Assembly (NCBI GenBank): GCA_963826985.1
Contig: CAWGYW010000007.1
Location: 2,187 to 66,186 of the forward strand
DNA from: an uncultured Solirubrobacteraceae bacterium
Lineage (GTDB): Bacteria > Actinomycetota > Thermoleophilia > Solirubrobacterales > Solirubrobacteraceae
Direction of reading: 5' to 3'
Length of the DNA stretch: 64,000 nt
Under the pieces are notes generated by a model, which saw nothing but the letters and a program-made list of their open reading frames with translations, was not told the DNA's origin and did not search any database. The position numbers and the translations under genes were made by a program. This document shows, piece after piece, positions 1-10,708 of this stretch (the first letter of the stretch is position 1; every line of letters begins with the position of its first letter).

Positions 1-1778
1 ACAGCGACGCCGAAGCGTTCATCAAAAAAATCAAGCGTTTGGGCGCTTCACACGTCTGGTTGAGCGAGCAAGGAGTCATGCTGCAGAACGGCGGTACGGC
101 AACGAAACTGGACGACAGCAGCCAGGCCGAAGACGCGACGCGGCAACGCGACGCGGCCAAAGACTTCCTCAAACTCGGCGACGTTCATCTCGCCAAAGAA
201 GTGAGTCGCGTAGAATTGGTTGACTATTATCTCTATAAAGGACCGAGCGCGGAAGTCCTGGCACAACCTGGGCACGAACACGAATTTGACAGCGCCTTGC
301 TGCCGGGAGAAGGTGTCACAGAGGAACAAGGGCATCCGGCGGAAAGCCCCCGCCAGGCATACTGCGTCTTGGCGCTCGGGCTCGAAGGATGCCCGGCGGT
401 GGCGAAAACCAAAGGTGCAGTTACGAGCACCATAACATCCTCGTCTGGGACCGTCGCCTTGGCCGTTAACCCAGAGGGTTTGACAACCAAATACCTCGTC
501 AAGTATGGCACCTCGGAAGCGTACGGAAAAGCCACGACAGCGGCTACTGTCGCCAATGAAAATGGGGAGCAGAGCGAGACAGCCGCGCTGAGCGGACTGG
601 AACCATGTACTACCTATCACTATCAGGCCGAGGCGGAAAACAAAGTCAACGAAGAAGAGAGACAGCCCGGCCTCGGGGGCGACAAGGCATTTATAACAAA
701 TGGATGCGTTGCCACCGCGGTGAGTAGCGGCGGTTACCATACGTGCGCGCTGCTCCTGGCGGGCGGCGTTGACTGCTGGGGATTCAATGTAGGGTGGGAA
801 GAAGGTGACGGCGCGCCACAGATAAGGACAGTTCCGACCACGGTGAGCGGGATCAGCGGTGCGAGTGCCATCGGGTCTAGCGGAGACGAGGGCTGCGCCA
901 ACATCTCCGGTCATATCGAGTGCTGGGGATACGGCGAGGACGGACAGTTGGGTGACGGAACGACTGAAGATAGCTTTACGCCAGTTTCCGTCAGTGGGAT
1001 CACGAACGCGACGCAAGTTGCACCGGGCGGCGGCTTTGCTTGCGCACTGCTATCAACCGGACACGTTGATTGCTGGGGCCGCAATAACACTGGCCAACTG
1101 GGAGACGGAACGACCACCGGCAGCTCGACGCCTGTAGAAGTGAGCGGTATCACGAACGCGACGATGATCGGTGCGGCGGACTTCCGTGTGTGCGCGTTGT
1201 TGGCGAGCGGCGAAGTCATGTGCTGGGGATTTACACCCGGGTATGGTGTCGTGAACACGACGCCGAGCGTGGTGACAGGGGTTACCCATGCGACGGCGAT
1301 CTCCACTGGTGGTTTCGAAGAATGGGCAACCGAAGCGTGTGCCGTGGTATCCGGCGGCCATGTAGACTGTTGGCATAACACCGGTGAACATGATACGCTG
1401 ACGGTTACGGCGGTGAGCGGGGTCGAAAATGCGGTCGCGGTCGAGACCGGCGGAGGACCCCGGAGTGGTTCAGAACTTTACGGGTTGTCCACGTGCGCAT
1501 TGCTGAGTAGTGGTCACATAGAGTGCTGGGGCGCAAACTTTTCGGGGGAGCTAGGCGACGGCAACACAGAATATAGTTCCACGCCGGTGATGGTGGAAGG
1601 GATCAGTGACGCCACCGCCATCAACAGTGGAGAAGGCGGAGAAACACCGTGCGCGTTGCTACCCGAAGGGAAAATCGACTGCTGGGGCGATAGTGCCTAC
1701 GGCGCGCTCGGCGATGGCGAAGAAAGGCCGCTGGGCGATCCGTACCCCGCGCCGGTACCGGTGAGCGGCTTTGGGTGA
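1..1778 (+). CDS. Multidomain surface protein, 5'-truncated: putative glycoside-hydrolase-like segment + FN3-like domain + RCC1/BLIP-II repeats
   Basis: Frame is open from the window edge. Repeated 'CALL..G.V.CWG.N..GQLGDG....S.TPV.VSGI..A' RCC1 units; 'LSGLEPCTTYHYQAEAEN' is FN3-like; 'HVWLSEQG...FDSALL' resembles a clan-A GH C-terminal half. Lower GC than neighbours. Confidence 0.8.
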   Translation, partial: SDAEAFIKKIKRLGASHVWLSEQGVMLQNGGTATKLDDSSQAEDATRQRDAAKDFLKLGDVHLAKEVSRVELVDYYLYKGPSAEVLAQPGHEHEFDSALLPGEGVTEEQGHPAESPRQAYCVLALGLEGCPAVAKTKGAVTSTITSSSGTVALAVNPEGLTTKYLVKYGTSEAYGKATTAATVANENGEQSETAALSGLEPCTTYHYQAEAENKVNEEERQPGLGGDKAFITNGCVATAVSSGGYHTCALLLAGGVDCWGFNVGWEEGDGAPQIRTVPTTVSGISGASAIGSSGDEGCANISGHIECWGYGEDGQLGDGTTEDSFTPVSVSGITNATQVAPGGGFACALLSTGHVDCWGRNNTGQLGDGTTTGSSTPVEVSGITNATMIGAADFRVCALLASGEVMCWGFTPGYGVVNTTPSVVTGVTHATAISTGGFEEWATEACAVVSGGHVDCWHNTGEHDTLTVTAVSGVENAVAVETGGGPRSGSELYGLSTCALLSSGHIECWGANFSGELGDGNTEYSSTPVMVEGISDATAINSGEGGETPCALLPEGKIDCWGDSAYGALGDGEERPLGDPYPAPVPVSGFG

Positions 1779-1923
1779 GCAGGTGCCTTCGCGGTGGTGC
1801 GCAGAATCGCGGGCGGAGTAGGTGCGGGATCAACGTCCACGCTTGTCCGGGCTCTATGGGTCGCCCTTCCGAACGATCGTCCATCTCTCCGCAACTTCCG
1901 GTAGTCGCGATAGTCTAAAGGAT

Positions 1924-2658
1924 ATGCAACGAACCGCAGTCGCCCTGACCGGTGTGCTGGGCGTGCTTCTAATGACCGCGACAGCAAGCGTGGCGCGCGG
2001 TCGCCCCACGGCAGCCGCGAAGTGCCGGCCGAGCAGCTCGCACGTCCTGTTCACCGATCCGCAGGCAGAGCTGTATGCGGTGCCGAATGGAGAAGTGCTG
2101 AACATTCGAGCCTGCGCGAATGGACAGCGACGGTCGTTTTTTATCGCTAGCTGCAACAGGCGGGAAAGCGCCGCAGCCTGTGCGGAAGTACCGCGGGTGA
2201 CCCTGGCCGGGGCAGCCGTTGCGTATGAAGAATTCTTCACGACCGCCGACCGCTACACGCTTGAAGGCGCGACCGTTAGAACGTCGTTGCGGGTGATCGT
2301 GCGCGACCTTCGCACCGGCCGGGTGCTCCATGACGTGCCCACGGGCACCCCGCCAAAGCCGGAGCCGGGATCGGTCGGTGTCGGCGAGATCGTGGCGCTT
2401 GTCCTGAAGAGCGACGGGTCGGTGGCGTGGATCGCGGAAGACGATGAGCGCTCCGCGGTGGCCAAAGCCCCGTATTTCGATGTGTACGCGGTAGAAGGGT
2501 CGGGGACGCGACTGCTGGCGTCCGGGACGGATGTGGACCCGTCGTCGCTGGCGCTGTCGGTCGACGCCACGCACCTCGACGACTACCCGCATACTGTTGC
2601 GGGTAGCGAGTTGTATTGGACACAGGGAGGGCAGTCGTTTTCAACCACGTTGAGCTGA
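1924..2658 (+). CDS. Hypothetical secreted protein
   Basis: Intact ORF with signal-peptide-like MQRTAVALTGVLGVLLMTATASVA; TAGTCT lies 7 nt before the ATG. Confidence 0.7.
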   Translation: MQRTAVALTGVLGVLLMTATASVARGRPTAAAKCRPSSSHVLFTDPQAELYAVPNGEVLNIRACANGQRRSFFIASCNRRESAAACAEVPRVTLAGAAVAYEEFFTTADRYTLEGATVRTSLRVIVRDLRTGRVLHDVPTGTPPKPEPGSVGVGEIVALVLKSDGSVAWIAEDDERSAVAKAPYFDVYAVEGSGTRLLASGTDVDPSSLALSVDATHLDDYPHTVAGSELYWTQGGQSFSTTLS

Positions 2659-2884
2659 GATAGCTTGGCTACGGCGACTATCTCGCATCACCACGCCCCG
2701 TAGCGACAAAGGTTGTCATCTCGCAGGAACGCACACCTACGGCCGCTCCCGCGAATCCTCAGACGACTCGAAAGCTCTCCAGTGGGGCCTGTTCTCGCGC
2801 CCTGAAGCGACCCCGCGAGCTCCCGGATCGCCCGACGCCATCTCCGTCAGGGGACTCAACACCGCGTCGAGCTTCCCACGCCAC

Positions 2885-2915
2885 TTGACGAGATCCTCGG
2901 CCGGCAAGCGATAAT
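2885..2915 (+). promoter_or_regulatory. Sigma70-like promoter of the lysA operon (probably leaderless)
   Basis: TTGACG-N19-GATAAT, ending 8 nt before the lysA ATG; no SD. The spacer is longer than usual. Confidence 0.45.
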
Positions 2916-2923
2916 CAGCGGCG

Positions 2924-4222
2924 ATGGCCACCGGAACCAGCCTCTCCGCGGGTCTTCCCCTGGGCAGCCGCCTCAACGAGCGCGGCCGCCTGGAGGTGGG
3001 CGGTTGCGACACGATCGAGCTGGCGCGCGAGTTCGGCACGCCCGCGTACGTGGTCGCCGAGGACGATCTGCGCGCGCGCGCGCGAGCGTTCGTGCAGGCC
3101 GGCCGCGACGCCGGCCACGAGCGACTTCCACGTGGTGTTCGCCTCCAAGGCGTTCCCCTGCACGCGCCGTGCTGGCGCTGTTCGCGCAGCGAGGGGCTGT
3201 GGTGCGACGTCGGCGTCCGGGGGCGAGCTGCACCTGGCGCTGCAGCGCGGCTTCGCGCCCGAGCGGATCGTGCTCCACGGCAACGCCAAGTCCGAGGCGG
3301 AGCTGCGGATGGCGCTGCGCCACCGCGTGGGCGCTGATCGTGGTCGACAACTTCGACGAGATCGACCGTCTGGCGGCGCTGGTGGCCGAGGGCGCGCTCG
3401 CCGATCGCGCTGGGGGCCAGTCGGTGCTCGTGCGCGTCACGCCGGACGTCAGGGGAGAGACACACGAGAAGATCTCCACCGGTCAGGCCGACTCGAAGTT
3501 CGGCTTCGCGATGGCGCAGGCGGACGAGGCGATCGCGCGGCTGCAGGCCGTCGACGGGCTGTCGCTCGAGGGTCTGCACGCGCACATCGGCTCGCAGCTG
3601 CTCGGCCTGGAGCCCTTCCGCCGCGAGGCCGCCGAGCTCGCGAAGCTTGGCGAGTTTCCCGTCTGGGACCTGGGCGGCGGCCTCGGCGTGCAGTACACCG
3701 AGGAGCAGCCCTCGCCGCCGTCGATCGAGGAGTACGTCGGCGCGCTCGTGCGGGCAGCGCACGCCCACGGCATGGGCGCCGAGCGGCGCCTGTTGATCGA
3801 GCCCGGGCGCGTCGCTGTGCGCGAACGCGTGCGTGACGCTGTACACGGTCGAGAGCGTCAAGCAGAACGTCTCGCGCTGGGTGGCCGTCGACGGCGGCAT
3901 GTCCGACAACATGCGCCCGATGCTCTATGGCGCAACCTACGAGGCTCACGTGGCCGACCGCTTCGAGCGGCTCGACCGCAGTGCGTGCTCGCGGGCAAGC
4001 ACTGCGAGTCGGGCGATGTGATCGCTGCGGGAGGCGCTGCTGGATGACCCGCGGCCGGGCGATGTGATCGTGACGCCCGCCACCGGCGCCTACGGCTATG
4101 CGATGGCGAACAACTACAACGGCGTGCCGCGAGCGCCGGTGGTCTTCTGCCGCGACGGCGACGCGCGCGTGGTGGTCAGGCGCGAGAGCTACGAGGACCT
4201 GATGGCGCGCGATGTCCGCTAG
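2924..4222 (+). CDS. lysA: Diaminopimelate decarboxylase (frameshifted in assembly)
   Basis: FGTPAYV, FASKAF (PLP Lys), HGNAKS, STGQADSKFG, HAHIGSQ, DLGGGLG, EPGR, VDGGMSDNMRPMLY, GKHCESGD and TGAYGYAMANNYN, spread across several frames. Confidence 0.93.
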
Positions 4223-5514
4223 CGATCCCGCCGTCCCCGACGTCGAGGGCGGCGCGGAGGCCGTCGGCCGGGCCGGCGTAGTGGGCGCGGTGGGCGGGAC
4301 TCCATTCACGGTCGGCCTGCTCGGCCACGGCACCGTCGGCGCGGCGTTCGCCGTGCTGCTCGAGGAACGCGCGGATGAGATCGAGCGCTTCAACGGCCGC
4401 CGGCCGGTGGTCAGCGGCGTGCTGACGCGCACGCGCGGCGACTTCGAGGAGATCCTCGCCGACGCCGATCTGCTCGTCGAGGTGATGGGCGGGATCGAGC
4501 CCGCGCGCGAGTACCTGCTGGCGGCGATGCGCATCGGCAAGGACGTCGTCACCGCGAACAAGCAGCTGCTCTCCCAGCACGGCGAGGAGCTGTTCGAGAC
4601 AGCGCGCGAGCACGGCGTGCGGCTGCGCTTCGAGGCGGCGGTGGCGGGCGTGGTGCCGGTCGTGCGCGTGCTCGAGGAGTCGCTGTCGGCGACGCCGATC
4701 GAGCGCATCCACGGGATCGTCAACGGCACGACCAACTTCATCCTCACCGAGATGACCGCCGGCTCGAGCTACGCGGAGGCGCTCGCCGAGGCCCAGCGCA
4801 TCGGCTACGCCGAGGCCGACCCCAGCGACGACGTCTCAGGGCGCGACGCGGCCGCGAAGATGGCGATCCTCGCGCGCTGGCGTTCGGCACGCCGGTGCAC
4901 CTCAACGACGTGCGCTACGAAGGCATCGAGCACCTGCACGGCGACGACCTCGAGTACGCGCGCGAGCTCGGCCTGGGCTTGAAGCTGATCGGCACCGCCG
5001 AGCGCCGCGACGGCGGCCTGTCGGTGCGCGTGCATCCCGCGTTCCTGTACGCCGGGCATCCGCTCGCGTCGGTATCCGGGCCCGTTCAACGCGGTGACGG
5101 TCGAATCCGAGGCGATCACCGAGATCACGATGTCGGGTCCCGGCGCCGGTGGGCGCCAGACCGCCAGCGCGGTGCTCGGCGACGTCGTCAGCGTGATGAC
5201 CGGCGGTGCGCGCCCACCCGCTCCGCCGCTGGCGCTGCCGTTGATCGAGGACGTCGAGAGCGCCTTCTACCTGCATCTGGACGTGGCCGATCGTCCCGGG
5301 GTGCTGGCGTCGGTGACGCAGGTGCTGGGGGAGCACGGCGTGTCGATCAAGTCGGTGGTGCAACGCGGCATGGGGGAGAATGCCCGTCTGGTGATGGTCA
5401 CCCACCCGGTGCTCGAGTCGAGCATGCGTGCGGCGATCGAGCAGGTCGGCGGGCTTCGAGTTCGTACGCTCGATGCCCCGGACAATCCGTGTGATCGAAG
5501 AGGAGTTCGTATGA
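4212..5514 (+). CDS. hom: Homoserine dehydrogenase with C-terminal ACT domain (frameshifted)
   Basis: GLLGHGTVG, VVTANK, FEAAVAGVVP, GIVNGTTNFIL, GYAEADPSDDVSG.DAAAK, GPGAGG.QTASAV, ACT motif DRPGVLA. Confidence 0.93.
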
Positions 5515-6606
5515 GCGAGGTGCGCATAGACATCCCCAAGGTCAAGCTTCCGCGGGTTGAAGGCACGCCGCAGACGCCCGCCCACGTGCCGCTGATCGAA
5601 CGCTATCTCGAGCGCCTTCCGTTCGAGGCAGGGCGACGCGCTGGTCAGCCTGCAGGAGGGCTCGACGCCGCTGCTGCGCGCGCCGGTGCTCTCGGAGATG
5701 GTCGGGGCGACCGTGCGCCTGAAGCTCGAGGGCGCCAACCCGACCGGCTCGTTCAAGGACCGCGGCATGACGTGCGCGGTCTCCGCGGCCGTGCGCGACG
5801 GCGCCAAGGCCGTGATCTGCGCGTCGACGGGCAACACGGCCGCGAGCGCCGCCGCCTACGCGGCGCGCGCGGGAATCACCTGTGCGGTGATCGTGCCGGA
5901 GGGCAAGATCGCCCAGGGCAAGATGGCCCAGACGCTCGTGCACGGCGCCCGCGTGATCTCGCTGAAGGGCAACTTCGACCAGGCGCTGACGCTCGTGCGC
6001 GAGCTCACCGACTCGCACCCGATCGTGCTCGTCAACTCCGTCAACGAATTCCGCATCGAAGGCCAGAAGACCGCCGCGTTCGAGATCCACGAGGGCCTGG
6101 AAGGCGGGCTGGAAGCGCTGTGCATCCCCGTCGGCAACGCCGGCAACATCACCTCTTACTGGCGCGGCTTTCGCGAGATGGGCGCGGCGCCGAAACTGTT
6201 CGGCTTCCAGGCGGAGGGGGCCGCGCCGCTGGTGCTCGGGCACCCGATCGAGCACCCGGAAACGGTGGCGAGCGCGATCAGGATCGGCAATCCCGTGCGC
6301 TGGGAGGACGCGATGGCGGCGGCGACCGACTCGCGCGGCTCGATCCGCGTCGTCAGCGACGCGGAGATCCTGCACGCCTACCAGGCTGCTCGCGTCCAGG
6401 GAAGGCATGTTCTGCGAGCCGGCCTCCGCGGCGTCGGTCGCCGGCCTGCTCAAGTACGGCGCCGACGGCGCCGAGCAGGTCGCGTGCGTGCTCACCGGCC
6501 GCGGCCTGAAGGACCCCGAGACGGCGATCGCCAACAACGACGGCGGGTGATCAGCTGCGCGGCGGAGACGGCGGCGATCGAGGAAGCGGTGCTGGGTGAT
6601 CCGTAG
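5511..6606 (+). CDS. thrC: Threonine synthase (frameshifted)
   Basis: [62 protein letters not shown]. Confidence 0.93.
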
Positions 6607-7451
6607 GAGGGTCGTGCGCGTGCCGGCGTCCTCGGCCAACCTGGGTCCCGGGTTCGACTGCATGGCCGCGGCGCTGGCGCTGACGCTCGAGGTCGAGGTC
6701 GAGGAGACGGGCGAGTTCGCCGTCGAGACCGAGCTGCCGGTCGCCAAGAGGCCGCGAGAACCTGTGCGTGCGCGCGTTCGAGCGGCTGCATCCGGCCGAT
6801 GGCTTCACCTTCAGGATCAGCTCGCAGATACCGCTGTCGGGCGGGCTGGGCTCGAGCGCCGCGGCGATCGTCGCGGGGCTGATGGCCGCGGACCACCTGT
6901 TCGAGCTGGACGCCGATCTGCTGGCGCTGGCGAGCGAGATCGAGGGTCACCCCGACAACGTCGCGGCGGCGCTGCACGGCGGCTTCGTCGTGTGCGCGGA
7001 CGGCGCCGTCGCCAGGTTCGATCCGCCGACCGGGCTGGAGGCGCTCGCGGTGGTTCCCGAGCAGGCGGTGCGCACGCGCGCCGCGCGCGCGGCGCTGCCC
7101 GCGCAGGTGCCGATGGCAGGACGCCGTCTTCAACGTCGCCCACGCGCGCGCTGCTGACGCTGGGCCTGGCGCGGGGCGACTGGGACCTGCTCGCGCGCGG
7201 CCTGCACGATCGCCTGCACCAGCAGCCAGCGCGCGAGCCTGTTCCCGCGCTCCTTCGAGCTCGCCTGTCGCGCGCGCGAGCTGGGCGCGCTGGGCGCGAC
7301 GCATCTCCGGCGCGGGCCCGACCGTGCTCGTGTGGTGCTTCTACGAGCAGACCGGCGCCGTCGCCGAGGCGCTCGCGGCGGAGATCGAGGCTGGGCGAGG
7401 CTGCTGCGCGTGTCCTTCGAGCTGCAGGGCGCCTACGTGGACGCGCTCTGA
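6596..7451 (+). CDS. thrB: Homoserine kinase (frameshifted)
   Basis: VRVPASSANLGPGFD, GHMP motif IPLSGGLGSSAAAIVAG, EGHPDNVAAAL.GG, SGAGPT. Confidence 0.92.
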
Positions 7452-8230
7452 GGCGGCGCGAGCCGCGCAAGGCGCTCGCCGGCGCCGTCGAGGCCCTGCA
7501 GGCGCTCGAGCACCTCGGCCGCCAGCGCCAGGTAGTCGGCGCCGAGGTCGGGGCGGTGGTCGAGGATCGAGCGCGCCCGCTCGGCCGACTCGGCGTAGGC
7601 GATCGACGTGCGGATGACCGAGTCGAACACCTGCTCGCCGAAGCGCTCCTTCAGCGACACGAGCGCCTCGCGCGAGTGCACGGTGCGCATGTCGGCGAGG
7701 TTCAGCAGCACGCCCAGCAGCGTCAGCTGCGGGTTGAGGCTGTCGCGCGCGAGCTCCACGACCTCCATCGCCTGCTCGACCCCCTGCAGCGCGAAGTACT
7801 GGGCCTCGGCGGTGATCAGCGCGCGATCGGCGGCCACCAGCGCGTTGACCGTCAGCAGGCCCAGCGACGGCGGGCAGTCGATCAGGATCACGTCGTAGTC
7901 GGCGACCGTATCGGCCAGCGCGCGTCTGAGCGTCAGCTCGCGGCCCATCTTGCCGCCGAGCATCAGCTCCGCCTCGGCGAGGCTGAGGTTGGCGGGGATG
8001 ATGTCCTCGTGGATCGCCTCGGCCGCGGTGGAGCGTCCGGCGAGCACGTCGGCGATCGTCGGCTCGACGTCGGTCGGCAGGTCGAAGTAGTCGGAGAGGT
8101 TGCCCTGGGGGTCGAGGTCGACCGCCAGCGTGCGCACGCCGCTGCGGCGCAGGACGTCGGTGAGCGTGCGCACCGTGGTCGTCTTGCCCGTGCCTCCCTT
8201 CTGCGAGAGCACAGCGATCGTCTGAGCCAT
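7433..8230 (-). CDS. ParA/Soj family ATPase (orphan)
   Basis: Deviant Walker A QKGGTGKTTT, DLDPQGNL, IDCPPSLGLLTVNALVAAD. Confidence 0.92.
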   Translation of the reverse strand: MAQTIAVLSQKGGTGKTTTVRTLTDVLRRSGVRTLAVDLDPQGNLSDYFDLPTDVEPTIADVLAGRSTAAEAIHEDIIPANLSLAEAELMLGGKMGRELTLRRALADTVADYDVILIDCPPSLGLLTVNALVAADRALITAEAQYFALQGVEQAMEVVELARDSLNPQLTLLGVLLNLADMRTVHSREALVSLKERFGEQVFDSVIRTSIAYAESAERARSILDHRPDLGADYLALAAEVLERLQGLDGAGERLARLAPPQSAST

Positions 8231-8339
8231 CGTCGCAGCGATACTACGCGCCGGCGCAGCGGCGCGCAGCGGCAGCGCCGACCTCACCGGCGCTGCGGGG
8301 CCTGGCGAGACTGCGCGCCGCGAGCGGGGGCGGATCGCC

Positions 8340-8964
8340 TCAGCCGACGCGGTGCAGCGAGGTCTCCTCGTCGTGCCGACGCCGGGCGCGTCGGAGTCGG
8401 CCGGCACGCTCAGGAACGCGAGGCGGTAGCGCCCGACGATGATCTCGTCGCCGTCCTGCAGCGCCTTGCCGTCGACGCGCGCGCCGTTGACGAACACGCC
8501 GTTGAGGCTGCGGTCGTCGAGCAGGCGCACGCCGTCGGGGTGGCGCACGATCAGCGCGTGGCGGCGCGAGACCGTCGGGTCGTCGAAGCGCACGTCCGCC
8601 GCCAGGCTGCGTCCGATGCGGGTCCACTCGCGCGTGAGCGCGACCGTCCGCTGCTCGCCGTTCTCCTCGTAGCAGAGGTACTCGCCCGGCTGCTCGATCG
8701 TCTGCCTGGCCCTCGCCAGTCGCAGCGTCGCGTCCGGGCGCCGGCGGCTGCACGAGCGTCGCCTCGTTGCCTCGTGCGTCGACCGGCGCCGGCTCGCGCG
8801 GGAATGCGCTCGGTGCTGAACAGCGAGGCGCGCACGAACTCCCGGCCCCCGCAGCCGGGGCAGCCGGGAAGCATGTCCGAGCCGGTGAGCGTCAGCGCGT
8901 AGTCGCAGCGGGCGCAACGAAACGAACCGGCGCCTACGAAGGTGCCCGAAGTAAGTGAGTCCAT
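8340..8964 (-). CDS. Zinc-ribbon + FHA domain protein (frameshifted)
   Basis: N-terminal CARC...CPGC; FHA motifs IGRS, VSRRHA and SLNGVFVNG; GGAGGA SD upstream. Confidence 0.85.
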
Positions 8965-9286
8965 GCTGTGCTCCTCCCTCTGAGTTGCTGCCGGTGTGAC
9001 GCTGCCGGGGGGGCGATCCTGCGTGGTCGGGGGAAACTTGTGGCGATCATAACAAGACTGTCAAGCGCGGCCGGAGTTCTGGATAATCGTATCGCGGCCG
9101 ATCTCGGGGGGCGTTGCAGGGCCCGATCTGGGTCTGTGCGCACGCGGTCGACGCGCGCGATCGAGCTACCCGTGAGGGGACCATGCAAACGGTCTCTGGA
9201 CCAGTATCTGGGGCGTGCGGACCGCTGCCTGGGACGCGCCGACCAGGGGCAGGAGCCGGCGGCGCGGCGGCGAAAACCGAGCGATC

Positions 9287-9553
9287 ATGGCCTCGCCGTC
9301 AACCCATGTCGAGCAGCTCGAGCGCGTGTTGCTGCGCCGCGGCCTGGGCGCTCTGGAGGCCGACCGCGACTGCTGCGTGGACTGCGGGCGTACGCCGCTG
9401 ACCGGCGAGCAGGTTCACGTGTACGCCGGGCGCGAGCAGCGGATCGTCTGCGAGCTGTGCCGTCCGCGCCGCCGCGAGTCGCCGGTGGCGAGCGAGATCG
9501 TCCGGCACTGCGAGCACGGCCACGCCGTGCGTCTGATGGCGCGCGCAGCTTAG
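9287..9553 (+). CDS. Small Zn-finger hypothetical protein
   Basis: CVDC...CELC pairs in an 88-aa ORF. Confidence 0.7.
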   Translation: MASPSTHVEQLERVLLRRGLGALEADRDCCVDCGRTPLTGEQVHVYAGREQRIVCELCRPRRRESPVASEIVRHCEHGHAVRLMARAA

Positions 9554-9611
9554 GCTCTCTCGCGACGCCGTCGCGCGGCGCGGCCCGCGGTCACTAGACT
9601 TCCCGCTCGCA

Positions 9612-10107
9612 ATGGACCCGGTGACCGTCTCGATAGTCGTCTCCGCCCCGCGCGAGCAGGTGTTCGACTACCTGCAGGACATCGCCAACCATCCTGAGTT
9701 CACCGACCACTACCTGGTCGACTGGCACCTGACGCGGATCGACTCGGTTGGGCCGGCGCCGGGCGCGCGCTTTCGCGTGAAGGCTCCCGGCAACCGCTTC
9801 AGCTGGGGAGACGTCACGTTCGCCGAGGTCGAGCGCCCGCACCGGATCGTCGAGGTGGGGCGCACCGGCAAGAACAACCGCATCCGCACGCTCGGCGTCT
9901 ATGACCTCGCGCCGGCCGCCGCGGGCTCCACGCGCGTGCAGTTCACGCTCGAGACGGTGCCCGTCGACGCTGTCTGACCGGCTGCTGGAGGGGCTCGGCG
10001 CACGCACGTGGCTGAGGCGCAAGAACCAGCGGGCGATGCACCGGCTGCGGGGGATCCTCGAGCGCGGGGAGGGCCGTGGCCATCGCGTCACGGTCGCCGG
10101 TGGGTAG
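9612..10107 (+). CDS. SRPBCC/polyketide cyclase family protein (frameshifted)
   Basis: VTVSIVVSAPREQVFDYLQDIANHPEF, then G.GARFR, typical of START/SRPBCC. Confidence 0.8.
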
Positions 10108-10120
10108 ACTGCCGCGTCGC

Positions 10121-10708
10121 ATGCTCAGCCGTCTGCGCAAGCTCTCGCTCGCCCTGCCCGCGCTGCTCGCCGTGCTCGCCCTGAGCGCCTGCGGCGACTC
10201 GCACACGCGGGTCACGACCGGCACCTACGCCGGCGAGTCCGGCGCGAACGCGCCGTACCTGAACGTCGGCCCGCTGATCTACGAGGTTCAGCTCTCGCGC
10301 GAGCTGAACCCGGCCAACAGCGAAGACGCCGCGTACCTGGAGGGCCTGACGCCGGCGCAGCGAAAGCTCGAACCCGGCCAGGAGTGGTTCGCGGTGTTCA
10401 TGCAGGTCTACAACAACACCAACCAGCCCCACCCGGCGTCCACGAGCCTGACGATCAGCGACACGCAGGAAAACCGCTACACGCCGATCGAGCCCGACGA
10501 AACCAACCAGTTCGCCTACCGCGCCGGCATGGTCGCCCCCAAAAACCAGATCCCAGAGCCGGGCACGCTCGCCGACGACGACCCCGCCGAGGGCCTGGTG
10601 CTGCTGTACAAGATCCAGATCGTCTCGCTCGACAACCGGCCGCTCGAGCTGAAGATCGTCAGCCCGGAAAACCCGAGCGAATCGGCCTCGGCCGAGCTCG
10701 ACGTCTAA
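10121..10708 (+). CDS. Lipoprotein, DUF4352-like Ig fold
   Basis: Lipobox LALSAC; 'WFAVFMQVYNNT...LTISDTQENRYTP' pattern. Confidence 0.7.
   Translation: MLSRLRKLSLALPALLAVLALSACGDSHTRVTTGTYAGESGANAPYLNVGPLIYEVQLSRELNPANSEDAAYLEGLTPAQRKLEPGQEWFAVFMQVYNNTNQPHPASTSLTISDTQENRYTPIEPDETNQFAYRAGMVAPKNQIPEPGTLADDDPAEGLVLLYKIQIVSLDNRPLELKIVSPENPSESASAELDV

Noticed and set aside
2659-2923. Lysine riboswitch upstream of lysA
   Set aside because: No recognisable L-box features, and the promoter-like hexamers sit directly before the ATG. Only a short GAGATAG/CTATCTC inverted repeat follows the previous gene.
7433-8917. FHA-ParA fusion (494 aa)
   Set aside because: The linker is low-complexity, ParA has its own ATG and TAGTAT box, and the FHA gene has a stop at 8340 after a probable frameshift. 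A fusion is not supported, though reads should confirm this.
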